64,000 nucleotides of DNA from IMG/VR virus record IMGVR_UViG_3300029258_002996; one strand, 5' to 3'. The notes below the pieces were generated by a model. The model was not told the origin of the DNA and ran no database searches. It saw only the letters and a list, made by a program, of their open reading frames with translations. Numbering within the stretch: position 1 is the first letter of the stretch; each line of letters starts with the position of its first letter. Source of the DNA: a virus. Position numbers and translations under genes: made by a program. Positions 8,204-17,164 of the stretch are shown piece by piece.

Positions 8204-8572
8204 TCACGCAGGAGGTCGTATTGGAATCCAAGGAGGGGGAAGCTCAGGACTGCCGTGGGCGGCGTCTCGGATCCGATGGGCTCGGCGCAAAGCCATCTGG
8301 TAAAGCAGCTCCGCGTGCTCGGGGGTCTTGGGAACTATCTCCACCTTCCCGTGGAGCTTCTTGAGGTAGTCCTCGAACTCGGGGGCGTCTCCCCGGTCCT
8401 TGGGGTGGGGCTGATGGTACTCGCGGATTGCCTGGACGTAAGCGTCCTCGTCGAACGCCCTGCACCATCCCTCCTCGTCGTCGGCCTCGTAGCACAGCGC
8501 CATCAGCTTCCCGTCGAGGAGCACTACAATGTTTTCGGTGTCCTGGTTTTCGTCCTGGTGATGTACTCTCAT
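8204..8572 (-). CDS. Hypothetical phage protein
   Basis: 122-aa ORF with ATGA overlap to the upstream gene. Confidence 0.7.
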   Translation of the reverse strand: MRVHHQDENQDTENIVVLLDGKLMALCYEADDEEGWCRAFDEDAYVQAIREYHQPHPKDRGDAPEFEDYLKKLHGKVEIVPKTPEHAELLYQMALRRAHRIRDAAHGSPELPPPWIPIRPPA

Positions 8573-8859
8573 TTTGAATCTTCCTCCTCTTTTTGATCTT
8601 CCTTCTCAAGGTTGACTGCTGACTGCAACATCCTCGCCGTACCGCCGTCCGGACTGGGAAGATGTTTGATCTCGATGTTCCAGTTGTTGAACTCGGGAGA
8701 ACTCTCCATGGATATGCTCACGACCATCTGCAAGGGCGTGTACGCGGCGTACTCCTCTACCCTGTCCGCCAGCTCCCGCAGAAGGGCCGCTCCGGACTGG
8801 AGGACCTCCTTGTGGTTCCCTGAGAACATGTCCTGGAAGTGCTGGATGGACTTCGTCAT
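8569..8859 (-). CDS. Hypothetical protein
   Basis: Operonic ORF. Confidence 0.6.
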   Translation of the reverse strand: MTKSIQHFQDMFSGNHKEVLQSGAALLRELADRVEEYAAYTPLQMVVSISMESSPEFNNWNIEIKHLPSPDGGTARMLQSAVNLEKEDQKEEEDSK

Positions 8860-8860
8860 G

Positions 8861-9067
8861 CTACCCCCGCTTCGTCGGCAGTGTCTTGGTCCAGTGACCC
8901 TGAGATCTGGACTCAACGAACTCCTGGAATTCCCGCTCGAAGGCCGCGTGCTCGTCCTTCGGTAAGAAAACCGTCAAGTTCAACGGTTCCACTTTACTCG
9001 GCGACTGCGCCTCTTCACTACAGAGGTAACAAGAACCTTCCAAAACTCCGTGTGTACACTGGCTCAT
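8861..9067 (-). CDS. Hypothetical protein
   Basis: The start follows the AAGGAG carried by the 32-bp repeat. Confidence 0.6.
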   Translation of the reverse strand: MSQCTHGVLEGSCYLCSEEAQSPSKVEPLNLTVFLPKDEHAAFEREFQEFVESRSQGHWTKTLPTKRG

Positions 9068-9861
9068 TGTGCTTCCTCCTTCGGCGGCTCGGGTAGCTGC
9101 TCGGGTTCGGAGCCTTCTACGGTCCGGCCTCCTACAATCCGGTTATCTGCGATGTAGAATGTGTAATAAGGATTCGCTCGATTCAGAGCGTCGACTATTT
9201 CTTCTAGTGTCGCTCCCTCCGGACGTTCTAATTCTCCGAGCTTTGCCGTATTCCCGATTGCACGAGCGAGATTCTGCTCAAGCTCAGCCACGCGGGTCTT
9301 GGGCACATAGTTCACCCGGTAATCCTCGCACTCGGATGCAAAATAGTCGCGCTCTTTCTCAATCTGCGCCACTTCAACGCGCAGCTTTTCATTCTCTTTC
9401 TGCATCTGGACCATTTCCGCTTTCAGCCCATCAATGTGCCCCTTGGCGACCCCCGCAATGCTGCCCGTCCGCAACTGTCGAATCTCACCCTCAAGCTCAG
9501 TGATATAATCGGCTGCCGCGTTGATGACATTTTTACCGAGATACTTGGTCGGAAGGTTTTTCTGGAGCCAGTCCAGACCCAGCGAACCGTCTTCGAAGGC
9601 AACGCGAAATGATTCTTCACGCCTACGTAACCGCTCGTTTTCCTTCTCAAGCTCAGCCACGCGGGCCTCGGCGGACTCGGCGCGGGCACCCAAGTCATGA
9701 ATCACGTCAATCGCATCGAGGTCATTTCGCTTTAGCCGCTCGCACTCGTCGTGTAGCGCTTCGATGATGGTCGCCGGGTCCTCCGCGCACGTCCCGCACC
9801 AGTCGTGCCAGGCGTTTGTTGCGTCGGCGCTTCCGCATCCACGGCATTTCCACTCACTCAT
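9064..9861 (-). CDS. Coiled-coil mosaic phage protein (ead/Ea22-like region)
   Basis: Starts MSEWKCRGC after AAGGAG; RVAELE repeats; ends EQLPEPPKEEAQ. Confidence 0.7.
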   Translation of the reverse strand: MSEWKCRGCGSADATNAWHDWCGTCAEDPATIIEALHDECERLKRNDLDAIDVIHDLGARAESAEARVAELEKENERLRRREESFRVAFEDGSLGLDWLQKNLPTKYLGKNVINAAADYITELEGEIRQLRTGSIAGVAKGHIDGLKAEMVQMQKENEKLRVEVAQIEKERDYFASECEDYRVNYVPKTRVAELEQNLARAIGNTAKLGELERPEGATLEEIVDALNRANPYYTFYIADNRIVGGRTVEGSEPEQLPEPPKEEAQ

Positions 9862-10326
9862 CGTCTCCCTCCTTCGGCGGCTCGGGTAGCTGCTCGGGTT
9901 CGGACCACCACCACGCGATAACGGGTAGTAGAGAACCTCCTCGCACTCCGGGGAATAAAACCACAAGTTCATCTGTGGGTTGATTGTACACTACATGCAC
10001 AATACCGCCCTGAAGTGGACTAAAATCCAGTGTGTGCTTCCACGGAATTACCTTATACCACCCCGGTTTCGTCGGCGGCTCCCGCGTCCAGTGCCCAACT
10101 GTTTCTATTTCGGATATAGCTGGCAGCTCAGCCCACAGGGGGCAGTGGTCCGGCATCGCCAAACCAGCACCGTGTGGCTGACGGGTTTTGTTGTCCACAT
10201 GTGTGCAGGAGTATATCTCGTCAGTCCCATCCGCCCACTGGCACTCCAAGCACAGCTTCTCCAACGTGATAGCCCTGTATTCAGTCATCGTCCGCTCCTT
10301 CGGCGGCTCGGGTAGCTGCTCGGGTT
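9076..10326 (-). repeat. Three exact 32-bp direct repeats AACCCGAGCAGCTACCCGAGCCGCCGAAGGAG at gene junctions
   Basis: Copies at 9076-9107, 9869-9900 and 10295-10326. Confidence 0.95.
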
Positions 10327-10638
10327 GGTGGGTTGCGTCACCGTTGAGGATGGCGTCAGCTATCTCAACTAATTCCCCAAACTCCGATGAATCATAGAGC
10401 GCCTTGCCCTTCCCCCAGTTGTATTCCATCTGCCGCACTAGTGTTGCCCCCCGCTCAAGCTGCGATTTGTACGACTCGGCGCGGGTCAGTTGTTTGGCGT
10501 GCTGGGCAACATGGTACGCATACTCTTTTTTGTAATCCGCGCACTCTTCTGCTAACTTTCGATTCCTTGCGGCGAGAGCATCACACTTGGCTAAAATCTC
10601 GTGGTCGTCGTAATACTTCTCAAGCTCAGCCACGCGGG
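9277..10638 (-). repeat. Three exact 20-bp intragenic repeats encoding RVAELE
   Basis: ctcaagctcagccacgcggg at 9277-9296, 9646-9665 and 10619-10638. Confidence 0.9.
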
Positions 10639-10807
10639 CAGTAAGATCGGCGTTGAAGCCTGATGCGACCTCCTCTTGCTCTCGGACGTGCGCCAACTCG
10701 GCGCGTAGCTCGTCGATCTTCTTCAACCACGTTCCGGCGCACTCCCCACAATAGACCTCGCCGTCTGCTTCACCACCACAGTTGTCACATGCTCGAATCT
10801 CATTCAT
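9854..10807 (-). CDS. Mosaic phage protein (in-frame fusion of two cassettes; internal RBS and ATG at 10288)
   Basis: N-terminal Zn ribbon plus coiled coil; second half has WTREPPTKPGWY. Confidence 0.7.
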   Translation of the reverse strand: MNEIRACDNCGGEADGEVYCGECAGTWLKKIDELRAELAHVREQEEVASGFNADLTARVAELEKYYDDHEILAKCDALAARNRKLAEECADYKKEYAYHVAQHAKQLTRAESYKSQLERGATLVRQMEYNWGKGKALYDSSEFGELVEIADAILNGDATHQPEQLPEPPKERTMTEYRAITLEKLCLECQWADGTDEIYSCTHVDNKTRQPHGAGLAMPDHCPLWAELPAISEIETVGHWTREPPTKPGWYKVIPWKHTLDFSPLQGGIVHVVYNQPTDELVVLFPGVRGGSLLPVIAWWWSEPEQLPEPPKEGDDE

Positions 10808-10942
10808 GATCTTTCTTCTCCTGATCAGCTTCTACTATCCTACCCAATGGCGGGATGTATCGTGATCCGTATGGCTAATTCTTGCGATAGTTAACACTTT
10901 TTAGCCATCAGCGAGACCGTGGGTTTGAGTTCGAAACCCTCT

Positions 10943-11239
10943 TCAGTTGGGTTTCTGAAAATCCATTAGCATCTTTTTCTTCTCGTTCAACCCGATCTCG
11001 CACATCACCACTTTCTTCAGCTCATCCACCAATATCAATGCCGTTTCATAGTCTTCAAAATGAATTAAGTTCTCGATCAACGCTGGGCCAACCGAGACAA
11101 TCGAACACAAGAATGGAGTGAGTTCGGTGCCGTCTGGGTGAGCGTCGAGCTGGTCCAGGATCCGGTTAGTCTCTTTCGTCCATTTCTTGAGAAGCTTCTG
11201 ATGGTATTGGGAAAGTTTCATTGATCTTTCACTTTTCAA
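10943..11239 (-). CDS. Hypothetical protein
   Basis: Operonic ORF. Confidence 0.6.
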   Translation of the reverse strand: MKSERSMKLSQYHQKLLKKWTKETNRILDQLDAHPDGTELTPFLCSIVSVGPALIENLIHFEDYETALILVDELKKVVMCEIGLNEKKKMLMDFQKPN

Positions 11240-11466
11240 TCCACCTCTACCAGATCCAAAAGCACTGTCCCCATAGAAAGGACTACCGGTAAGAGATTTT
11301 GCAAAACTTCCTCAGCAGGAATTTCCTCACGTCTTTCCAGAAGAACCCAATTGAGCAAATCGTGAAAGTCTTCGATAAACTGTGATCGAACGTCCCTTCG
11401 TCGTTCCTCCGGAGTAAGACGGGAGTACTTCTCTTCCCCCAAATCTATGACTTTTTCATTGTTCAT
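11236..11466 (-). CDS. Hypothetical protein
   Basis: GAGGAGAG RBS before MNNEK. Confidence 0.6.
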   Translation of the reverse strand: MNNEKVIDLGEEKYSRLTPEERRRDVRSQFIEDFHDLLNWVLLERREEIPAEEVLQNLLPVVLSMGTVLLDLVEVD

Positions 11467-11482
11467 CGGCGAACTCTCTCCT

Positions 11483-11869
11483 CTATTCCTCATCGTCGAA
11501 ATAACGTTCCCAGATATCTTCGATGTGCTCGCATACCGACTCACGGGCTTTCGGGGTCAACCCGATCAAACAGTCGGAGGATACGGACCCCTGCATTTCT
11601 AAAAGATGCTCTTGCAGGTGTTCCCAGATCCCACCATAAGCCCAGCCGTTACAAAAAAAGTTGTCCCGAATGCTAAGACAATCTACGCAAGTTTTGTGAC
11701 TTGATAGATCACCCTCCCATTTTCCCACCACTTTTTCGTACTTCTCTCCGGGTGAAATTTCCCTACCGCATTCTCCGCATTTGTGAATCTTTCGGGCTTT
11801 TACGATCTTTTCACTAACGAACTCAGGGCCGTCGTAATCCCCGACATAAACGCACGCACAATCATTCAT
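11483..11869 (-). CDS. Zn-finger phage protein
   Basis: ARKIHKCGECGREISPGEKYE...TCVDC. Confidence 0.75.
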   Translation of the reverse strand: MNDCACVYVGDYDGPEFVSEKIVKARKIHKCGECGREISPGEKYEKVVGKWEGDLSSHKTCVDCLSIRDNFFCNGWAYGGIWEHLQEHLLEMQGSVSSDCLIGLTPKARESVCEHIEDIWERYFDDEE

Positions 11870-11898
11870 CAGCAGCCTCCGGCATTTTCCCGTGGATT

Positions 11899-12531
11899 CT
11901 ATTTTTCATATTTCTTTCCCTTTTTTTGCACTTTCGAAGCAGGGCCGAGAGTCCCGGTCTGCCATCTACCGAAGGAAGGGTGGCATTTCGAAGGTTCCGC
12001 TTCGGGATTTTCCTGTTTCGTTTTTTCAACTTCTTCGAGCTTGCGCTCTCGATTTTTCAAGACCTCGGCTTTCCGGCGCTTGAGTTCCTCTTTTCGCTGC
12101 GCTTTGAGCCTCTTTAGTCTCCGGCGTTTCTTGAGCCTGTCCCATTCTCGAAATTTGGCTTTTCGAATTCGAAGATCCCATTTTCCTTTTTCGCCATCCC
12201 AATACGGATCCTCGCCTTTGAACATTTGTTTCCGTCTGCGAACCTCCTTGGGAGGCACGATCTTGATCTTTTCCGCCTTGATCGCTTCTTTTAGAGTTCT
12301 CTTCAATTGGTGGGTATTCTTGGCCAGTTGGAACATGATCCACTCTACGAACAATTCCGAAGGTGAGGATTTGCTGGAGAATCTGAGCAACTCCAGTAAC
12401 TCATTTTCATACTCCGTCAGGACTATTTCGATCTTGCAGGTCTTTTTCTCATACCGGCGATCATTTTCCCTGAGTATCTCAGGTTTGGGTTCGTAGACCC
12501 CGAACTTCTGCTTTTTTTCCTCGTCGCTCAT
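11899..12531 (-). CDS. Basic hypothetical protein
   Basis: 210-aa K/R-rich ORF. Confidence 0.6.
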   Translation of the reverse strand: MSDEEKKQKFGVYEPKPEILRENDRRYEKKTCKIEIVLTEYENELLELLRFSSKSSPSELFVEWIMFQLAKNTHQLKRTLKEAIKAEKIKIVPPKEVRRRKQMFKGEDPYWDGEKGKWDLRIRKAKFREWDRLKKRRRLKRLKAQRKEELKRRKAEVLKNRERKLEEVEKTKQENPEAEPSKCHPSFGRWQTGTLGPASKVQKKGKKYEK

Positions 12532-12614
12532 TGATCAAAATAGGGCCTTTTATGGACTTGCCCAGGTCCACGACGCCTCCACCAGGGCGAGTTTAAGGTC
12601 ATCCCGGGACCTTG

Positions 12615-12714
12615 AGGACAGGGCAGGGTTCGATACCTGCAACGAGCGCGCACCATGCCAGACCTTTTAACCGCTCTTGTCTGCGTGCTTGCGTCTCTCT
12701 TCCGCCACCTGTCC
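12615..12714 (-). ncRNA. tRNA-like RNA with aberrant anticodon arm
   Basis: Acceptor GGACAGG/CCTGTCC plus U; Leu-like D arm GGCGGAA..AGACGC; T stem GCAGG/CCTGC with an 8-nt loop TATCGAAC; no canonical 5-bp/7-nt anticodon arm. Confidence 0.6.
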
Positions 12715-12716
12715 AG

Positions 12717-13054
12717 TGGACCTGGGGGTATCGAAACCCCGTCCGCGACACCTTCAGTCAAGCCCTCGTTACGTGCGTGGCCCGGAAATCGTACAACTTC
12801 GCTGGTCCGGGCACCTACGAAGAGGTTTTGCTTTCTACGTTTCGCTCAGGATCCCGAAAGCGGATGATCGAGAGCTATCCCACTAACGGCGTCTCATCCG
12901 GGGCCGCAGGAACTCCCCGGCGAGACGGGAGGCTACGCGGCCTCCTGGAGCTGCTCTTCGGCAGTTATAGGTGAAAAGCCTTTTTAATCCGCTGACTTCT
13001 CAAAGCGGAGCACGCAAACTTGACCTCCAGTTCACGTCGAAACCTGGCAGGCCC
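12717..13054 (-). ncRNA. ssrA: tmRNA, 338 nt; tag (A)AEEQLQEAA*
   Basis: The 5' end GGGCCTG..GGTTTCGAC pairs with the 3' end GGACGGGGTTTCGATACCCCCAGGTCCA, giving the G3.U70 Ala determinant. Resume context is ATAACT-GCC; the tag ORF spans 12962-12933. Confidence 0.92.
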
Positions 13055-13226
13055 TTGGAACTGTTACCAAATTGCGGTAGATCCTCCTTTCTCCTGCGTT
13101 ACCAGGTCTATAATACCAAATCGATCCTCTCGTCGAGCACGAGACCGCCTGCCTGACGTTCTCGAACCAGGGCGTATCCTCGGAGGGGGTAGTCCTTGAT
13201 CGCGTCAGAATCGATTCTCGCGGCTC

Positions 13227-13526
13227 TCAGAAGGTACATCGTTTTCCGTTACTCCTGATCTTTATCGCCAAGGCAATCCCTTGGAGAATATCCCATTGGA
13301 CGGGAGGTTGCAGGTCTCCTAAAAACTCTGCCATTTCATCGGTATACGGGATTACCAAGCCCAAGCAGAAACGCTCGGAGCCTTTGATAAACACCTTGGG
13401 AACGTCCGAACCGCAAATTTGCTCGAAACCGATCAGCAAACCCACCTTTGCAGGCTCATTCTCGTTCGAGCGCACAATCACCTTGTTGTGACCGAAGTTT
13501 TCGTTCCACTCTGCTAGCTTATCCAT
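13227..13526 (-). CDS. Hypothetical protein
   Basis: 99-aa ORF. Confidence 0.6.
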   Translation of the reverse strand: MDKLAEWNENFGHNKVIVRSNENEPAKVGLLIGFEQICGSDVPKVFIKGSERFCLGLVIPYTDEMAEFLGDLQPPVQWDILQGIALAIKIRSNGKRCTF

Positions 13527-13534
13527 AGCTTTCT

Positions 13535-13885
13535 CTATCGGAGCCCCGGGCTGTTCAGCAGCTCGGCATCTTCGGGGCTGAGGGTCGTTTCTTTCTCCAG
13601 CTCCCGAGGTTCGATCTTTGAGAGCCGCGCGAACATTTCCACTTCCTCGTCCAAAAAATCCTGCCGATCACAAGTCGGGTGATAGCCGCTTTTGAACTTT
13701 AGAAGCCGCATGACGCCGCCCGGAACACGCCAATAGCCGTATTCGGTCGCCTCATCGAAGGTGAACGTACAGTCCGGATCCCGCAATCGCTTGTTGAAAT
13801 CTTCGATTTCGGCTTGCCGTTTCTTTCGGTTCATCTCGATTGCTTCGAGATGGAGAGCAAGATCGCTTTTAGTCAGTTTTTCCAT
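13535..13885 (-). CDS. Hypothetical protein
   Basis: AGGAGG RBS before MEKLTK. Confidence 0.65.
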   Translation of the reverse strand: MEKLTKSDLALHLEAIEMNRKKRQAEIEDFNKRLRDPDCTFTFDEATEYGYWRVPGGVMRLLKFKSGYHPTCDRQDFLDEEVEMFARLSKIEPRELEKETTLSPEDAELLNSPGLR

Positions 13886-14321
13886 CGCTCCTCCTTTTGA
13901 AATTGCAACTCTCCAACAAGGTCGCACAGTCTCTCGGCTCCAACGGCTTCAGCAAAATCATAGCGTCGATCTTCCGGAAGAACTCCAAGTCCTCTTTCGC
14001 AAAATCGTCGATTTCCCGACCTGTACAAAGAGCCAGCACGGGCACGCCGGATTCATGGGCGACGCGGAGCACCGAACACCCGTCCGGGTTCTCCTTCATT
14101 TCGTAATCGGAGATGACGGCATCGAACTCCGCCCCAACTTGTCGTAGTTGGGAAATGGCATCGTTGGAATCGTCGAACCACGTTACCGTCGCCCCGAGAT
14201 TTTGAAATGTTCGAGTGAGGATCTTCAACAGCAGCTTGTTGTCGTCGACAATGAGAATTCTCATTCTTAGTGCGCCTTTTCGAAGCTGCCGACTCCGCTC
14301 TTCGGCATTCGCATTATTCAT
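13869..14321 (-). CDS. Stand-alone response regulator receiver (CheY-like)
   Basis: RILIVDDN, VISDYEM (phospho-Asp), LCTG, LLKP. Confidence 0.85.
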   Translation of the reverse strand: MNNANAEERSRQLRKGALRMRILIVDDNKLLLKILTRTFQNLGATVTWFDDSNDAISQLRQVGAEFDAVISDYEMKENPDGCSVLRVAHESGVPVLALCTGREIDDFAKEDLEFFRKIDAMILLKPLEPRDCATLLESCNFKRRSDGKTD

Positions 14322-14324
14322 CGT

Positions 14325-15176
14325 TCAACTCCGCTTGCGTTTCGGAGCTAAGTCACCGTCACTACACGTTCCGCTGTTAACCAAATTGTCTGTTAACCGG
14401 GTTGAATCTTTTTCTAAGCACTCCCTGTCGTCGCTTTCGATCTCGACATTTTGGTCGCCGACATCGCAATAGACAACGGCAGGCTTTTTATCCTCGCCCC
14501 AGATGTACGTGCAGATGTGTCCAGAGACGGCTTGCAGCGCGGCCTCTATTGCCGGGTCGTCACACGCAATCGGTTCACGACAAAGCTCGACGGGTAGTTG
14601 TACGGTGAATGGGATGATCATCTCACCCATCACATCCACATATTCTCCCGTAGCTTCTGGCGGATTGTGGATGGGCTGTGAGTGTAGGCGCTTCCAGTCT
14701 TCTAGTTCCTTGCGGGCTTGGTCGCGCTCGTGCTCGGCTACTTCAATATCGTGCTGATAGGCCACAACATCCGCTTGGTGTTCGATGGCTTGGGCTTGAA
14801 ATGCTTCAACCTTCTTCGCCTCAGCATCCCAGAATTTCTTGGCCTTAGCAGGCGTAACGCCATCTGGGTCGCCTCCGCTTTCAAGCCCAGAAGCGTCTCG
14901 CCACATGTGGTTTTCTTCCTCGGCCTTGCGCCATGCCTCGGTTGTTTTCTGCTGGTGGTCTTTCAGGTGTTCTATTTCGTGGCGAAGAAACTCTGTCGAT
15001 TGTTGTAACTCGTCGATCCTGTCTGAACCACCAAGATCTATCTGGAGCCTGTTTCGATACCGAGTGTTGTCTTGCACCAGCCTGTTGATTTTCGCCGCAG
15101 CATCTGCGGGAGACATCGGGCGACCATCAGGGTACGAAAGGATGCCACCGTCGTCCACATAGTAAAAGTCTCTCAT
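14325..15176 (-). CDS. Coiled-coil hypothetical protein
   Basis: GGAGGG RBS before MRDFYY. Confidence 0.65.
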   Translation of the reverse strand: MRDFYYVDDGGILSYPDGRPMSPADAAAKINRLVQDNTRYRNRLQIDLGGSDRIDELQQSTEFLRHEIEHLKDHQQKTTEAWRKAEEENHMWRDASGLESGGDPDGVTPAKAKKFWDAEAKKVEAFQAQAIEHQADVVAYQHDIEVAEHERDQARKELEDWKRLHSQPIHNPPEATGEYVDVMGEMIIPFTVQLPVELCREPIACDDPAIEAALQAVSGHICTYIWGEDKKPAVVYCDVGDQNVEIESDDRECLEKDSTRLTDNLVNSGTCSDGDLAPKRKRS

Positions 15177-15496
15177 CCTAAAACCCTCCTGTTTTCCGCT
15201 CGGGAAGATTCCCAAACGTCTCGAAGTGGTCGATGTCTTGTTGAATCTCGGTCGAGTTGCCCCATCGGACACGACCAGCATGCTTCAACATCCACTCACC
15301 CGGCGACCGGCCACGGTCCAAACAGGCTGTCTCGCTGTTGTTCGGTCCAAAGACCAGTCCAGGCTGCAATCGAAGCGTCAATTTGTTGATATAGTCTTGC
15401 ATTGCTCTTCTCCAGTTTACCGTCGCGTCTCAAGTTCGAGTCCGTGATGGGTTCATAATTTCCGCCATCTCGCCCTCCTCAAATACTTACCTAAGC

Positions 15497-15526
15497 TATA
15501 TAGCAGAGAGTAGTGCCGTATGTCAA
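15497..15526 (-). promoter_or_regulatory. sigma70-like promoter (phage motif)
   Basis: TTGACA-N18 (ending CTCTCTGC)-TATATA. Confidence 0.7.
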
Positions 15527-15560
15527 GGAAAGAGCTAACCAAGATCAATCGTACTGCGCA

Positions 15561-15839
15561 CTACTTTTCGTCCGGAATCACGAGAGGAGGGTTCGGTAAG
15601 GGCATCCACGCTTGAACGGTACTGTCATCCCAGTAGCCAGGATACCACCCTCCACCTTTCTCTTCATTCTTAGGCGGTCGGTTGAACATACTGATACGAA
15701 CGCCTCCGTAGTGACTCCAAACAAGGAAGCGACCTCCGAGAGTTTTGTACCCGTCCTTCCGTTGAAAAATCACCTCCAACTCATCGTTCTTGGGAACGCG
15801 GTCAAAGATCCACTGACCGAGTTTAGCTGCGTTGCTCAT
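15561..15839 (-). CDS. Hypothetical protein (DUF551-like C-terminus)
   Basis: VQAWMPLPNPP. Confidence 0.6.
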   Translation of the reverse strand: MSNAAKLGQWIFDRVPKNDELEVIFQRKDGYKTLGGRFLVWSHYGGVRISMFNRPPKNEEKGGGWYPGYWDDSTVQAWMPLPNPPLVIPDEK

Positions 15840-16063
15840 AGTGCGAACTCCTCGTAGTTCAGCCACTCACAGTACAGAGACCCGCACTCACAAGGATCTC
15901 CTCCTCGAAGTAGAGGATCCCGAGGTTGCGGTCCAGGTTCCCCTACCCATTCCTTTCCACACTCACAACACCTGTACCTAGCATACCGTTTCGGCTTGCG
16001 CCTCTTCGGTTTCTTACCCGCTTTTCTTCGGCTCATCATCGATCTCGTCAGGAGTCGGAACAT
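15836..16063 (-). CDS. Small Zn-ribbon protein
   Basis: CCEC...CECGS. Confidence 0.55.
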   Translation of the reverse strand: MFRLLTRSMMSRRKAGKKPKRRKPKRYARYRCCECGKEWVGEPGPQPRDPLLRGGDPCECGSLYCEWLNYEEFAL

Positions 16064-16322
16064 GCCCGGTGCGAGCGTAGTCGTTGAGACTGGCGCAACA
16101 GCCCGCGCCGAAAGACAGCTCGGTCGCGATCTGCGCTTTCATTGATTCGGGAGCGTCCTCGTAGAATCCGCAGATCCACCGCTCGCCGTTCCAGCGAAGC
16201 AAAGTACAAGGTCCTTTCCCGTTTTCCCCCTTTTTTTCTGCGGCAGAGATTCCAAAAATGCAGCGAGCCTTTCGACAACACCATCCACATCCTATACAGG
16301 CTTTAGTCGGAGGGTCGACCAC
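16014..16322 (-). CDS. Cys-rich (YkgJ-like Fe-S/Zn) protein
   Basis: CIGCGWCC..C...C..L....C. Confidence 0.65.
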   Translation of the reverse strand: MVDPPTKACIGCGWCCRKARCIFGISAAEKKGENGKGPCTLLRWNGERWICGFYEDAPESMKAQIATELSFGAGCCASLNDYARTGHVPTPDEIDDEPKKSG

Positions 16323-16554
16323 CGCGTTCCTTCCAGATCTTCACGCACTTCGGACAAGCGCTGTGCTCGATATGGCCTTTCGTCAAGGGCACCTCGACAT
16401 CCCACCCATAGGATTTTTTAACCCGTCCGCACAAACTTGCCGTATCAACGCCACCCCCAGGTTTGAGCCCGACCTTGGTAAGAGGTCGAATACACCAGAG
16501 AGCGCAAGGGCCTGCCTGCGTGGGTTCACAGAATGAATATCCGTCAGCCATCAT
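16303..16554 (-). CDS. Hypothetical Cys-containing protein
   Basis: SLCG...ACPKC; AAGGAG RBS; promoter upstream. Confidence 0.55.
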   Translation of the reverse strand: MMADGYSFCEPTQAGPCALWCIRPLTKVGLKPGGGVDTASLCGRVKKSYGWDVEVPLTKGHIEHSACPKCVKIWKERGGRPSD

Positions 16555-16597
16555 CTTCTCCTTTATACTTTCAGATATACATCTTTGAGCATCTAAA

Positions 16598-16626
16598 AAT
16601 ATAGCAGAGATTCCCATCTACTTCAA
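16598..16626 (-). promoter_or_regulatory. sigma70-like promoter (phage motif)
   Basis: TTGAAG-N17 (ending TCTCTGC)-TATATT. Confidence 0.6.
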
Positions 16627-16633
16627 GAAAAGT

Positions 16634-17164
16634 TTATTTTAGAAAATCTGCTTTCTCAGAAACATCAATTTCTAAGTCCTTGATAACTTTAGCAAACAAG
16701 TCACTTATTCCGGCATGTTTGAGATGCGCATAACCGTGCCGAGGAAGATTCAAAAAAACCGCTTTATCTGTTTCTGATGAATCCAAAGTAAGGTCAGAAA
16801 GTTTGATGGGTTTCTTACAAATCGCGCAATCTCCGCCGACGAGGGCCGAGGTCTTGTACCGAACCCATTTGGCTTTTGGAAGCTTCTCAATTTGGGAAAC
16901 GAGAGCCTCCATTCTCCGTTTTGCTACCGGGTTCTGAGTGACGACCTCCACTCGACCGGGGGCATGTTCGGGGTTGTCCAGGATCCATTCAAGTATGTCA
17001 TATCCCGTCAGCTCATAGCCAGAAGACGAAAAGCTCGTAAGATCATAGTCGAGGTAGAGAACTTCCCATTCTTCTTCAAGAAGAGCTTCGAGTCCTTCTG
17101 TATAATTTCGAGCAATTCTGTCTACTTTCAGGTCTCGAACATCGTCAATCAGCAATGTGCTCAT
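16634..17164 (-). CDS. Cyclic-phosphate-processing receiver domain protein
   Basis: LLIDDVR...LYLDYDL...TGYDILEWI...VTQNPVAKRRM. Confidence 0.75.
   Translation of the reverse strand: MSTLLIDDVRDLKVDRIARNYTEGLEALLEEEWEVLYLDYDLTSFSSSGYELTGYDILEWILDNPEHAPGRVEVVTQNPVAKRRMEALVSQIEKLPKAKWVRYKTSALVGGDCAICKKPIKLSDLTLDSSETDKAVFLNLPRHGYAHLKHAGISDLFAKVIKDLEIDVSEKADFLK

Noticed and set aside
12528-13156. ORFs overlapping 12.5-13.1 kb
   Set aside because: The region is explained by the tmRNA and the tRNA-like RNA.
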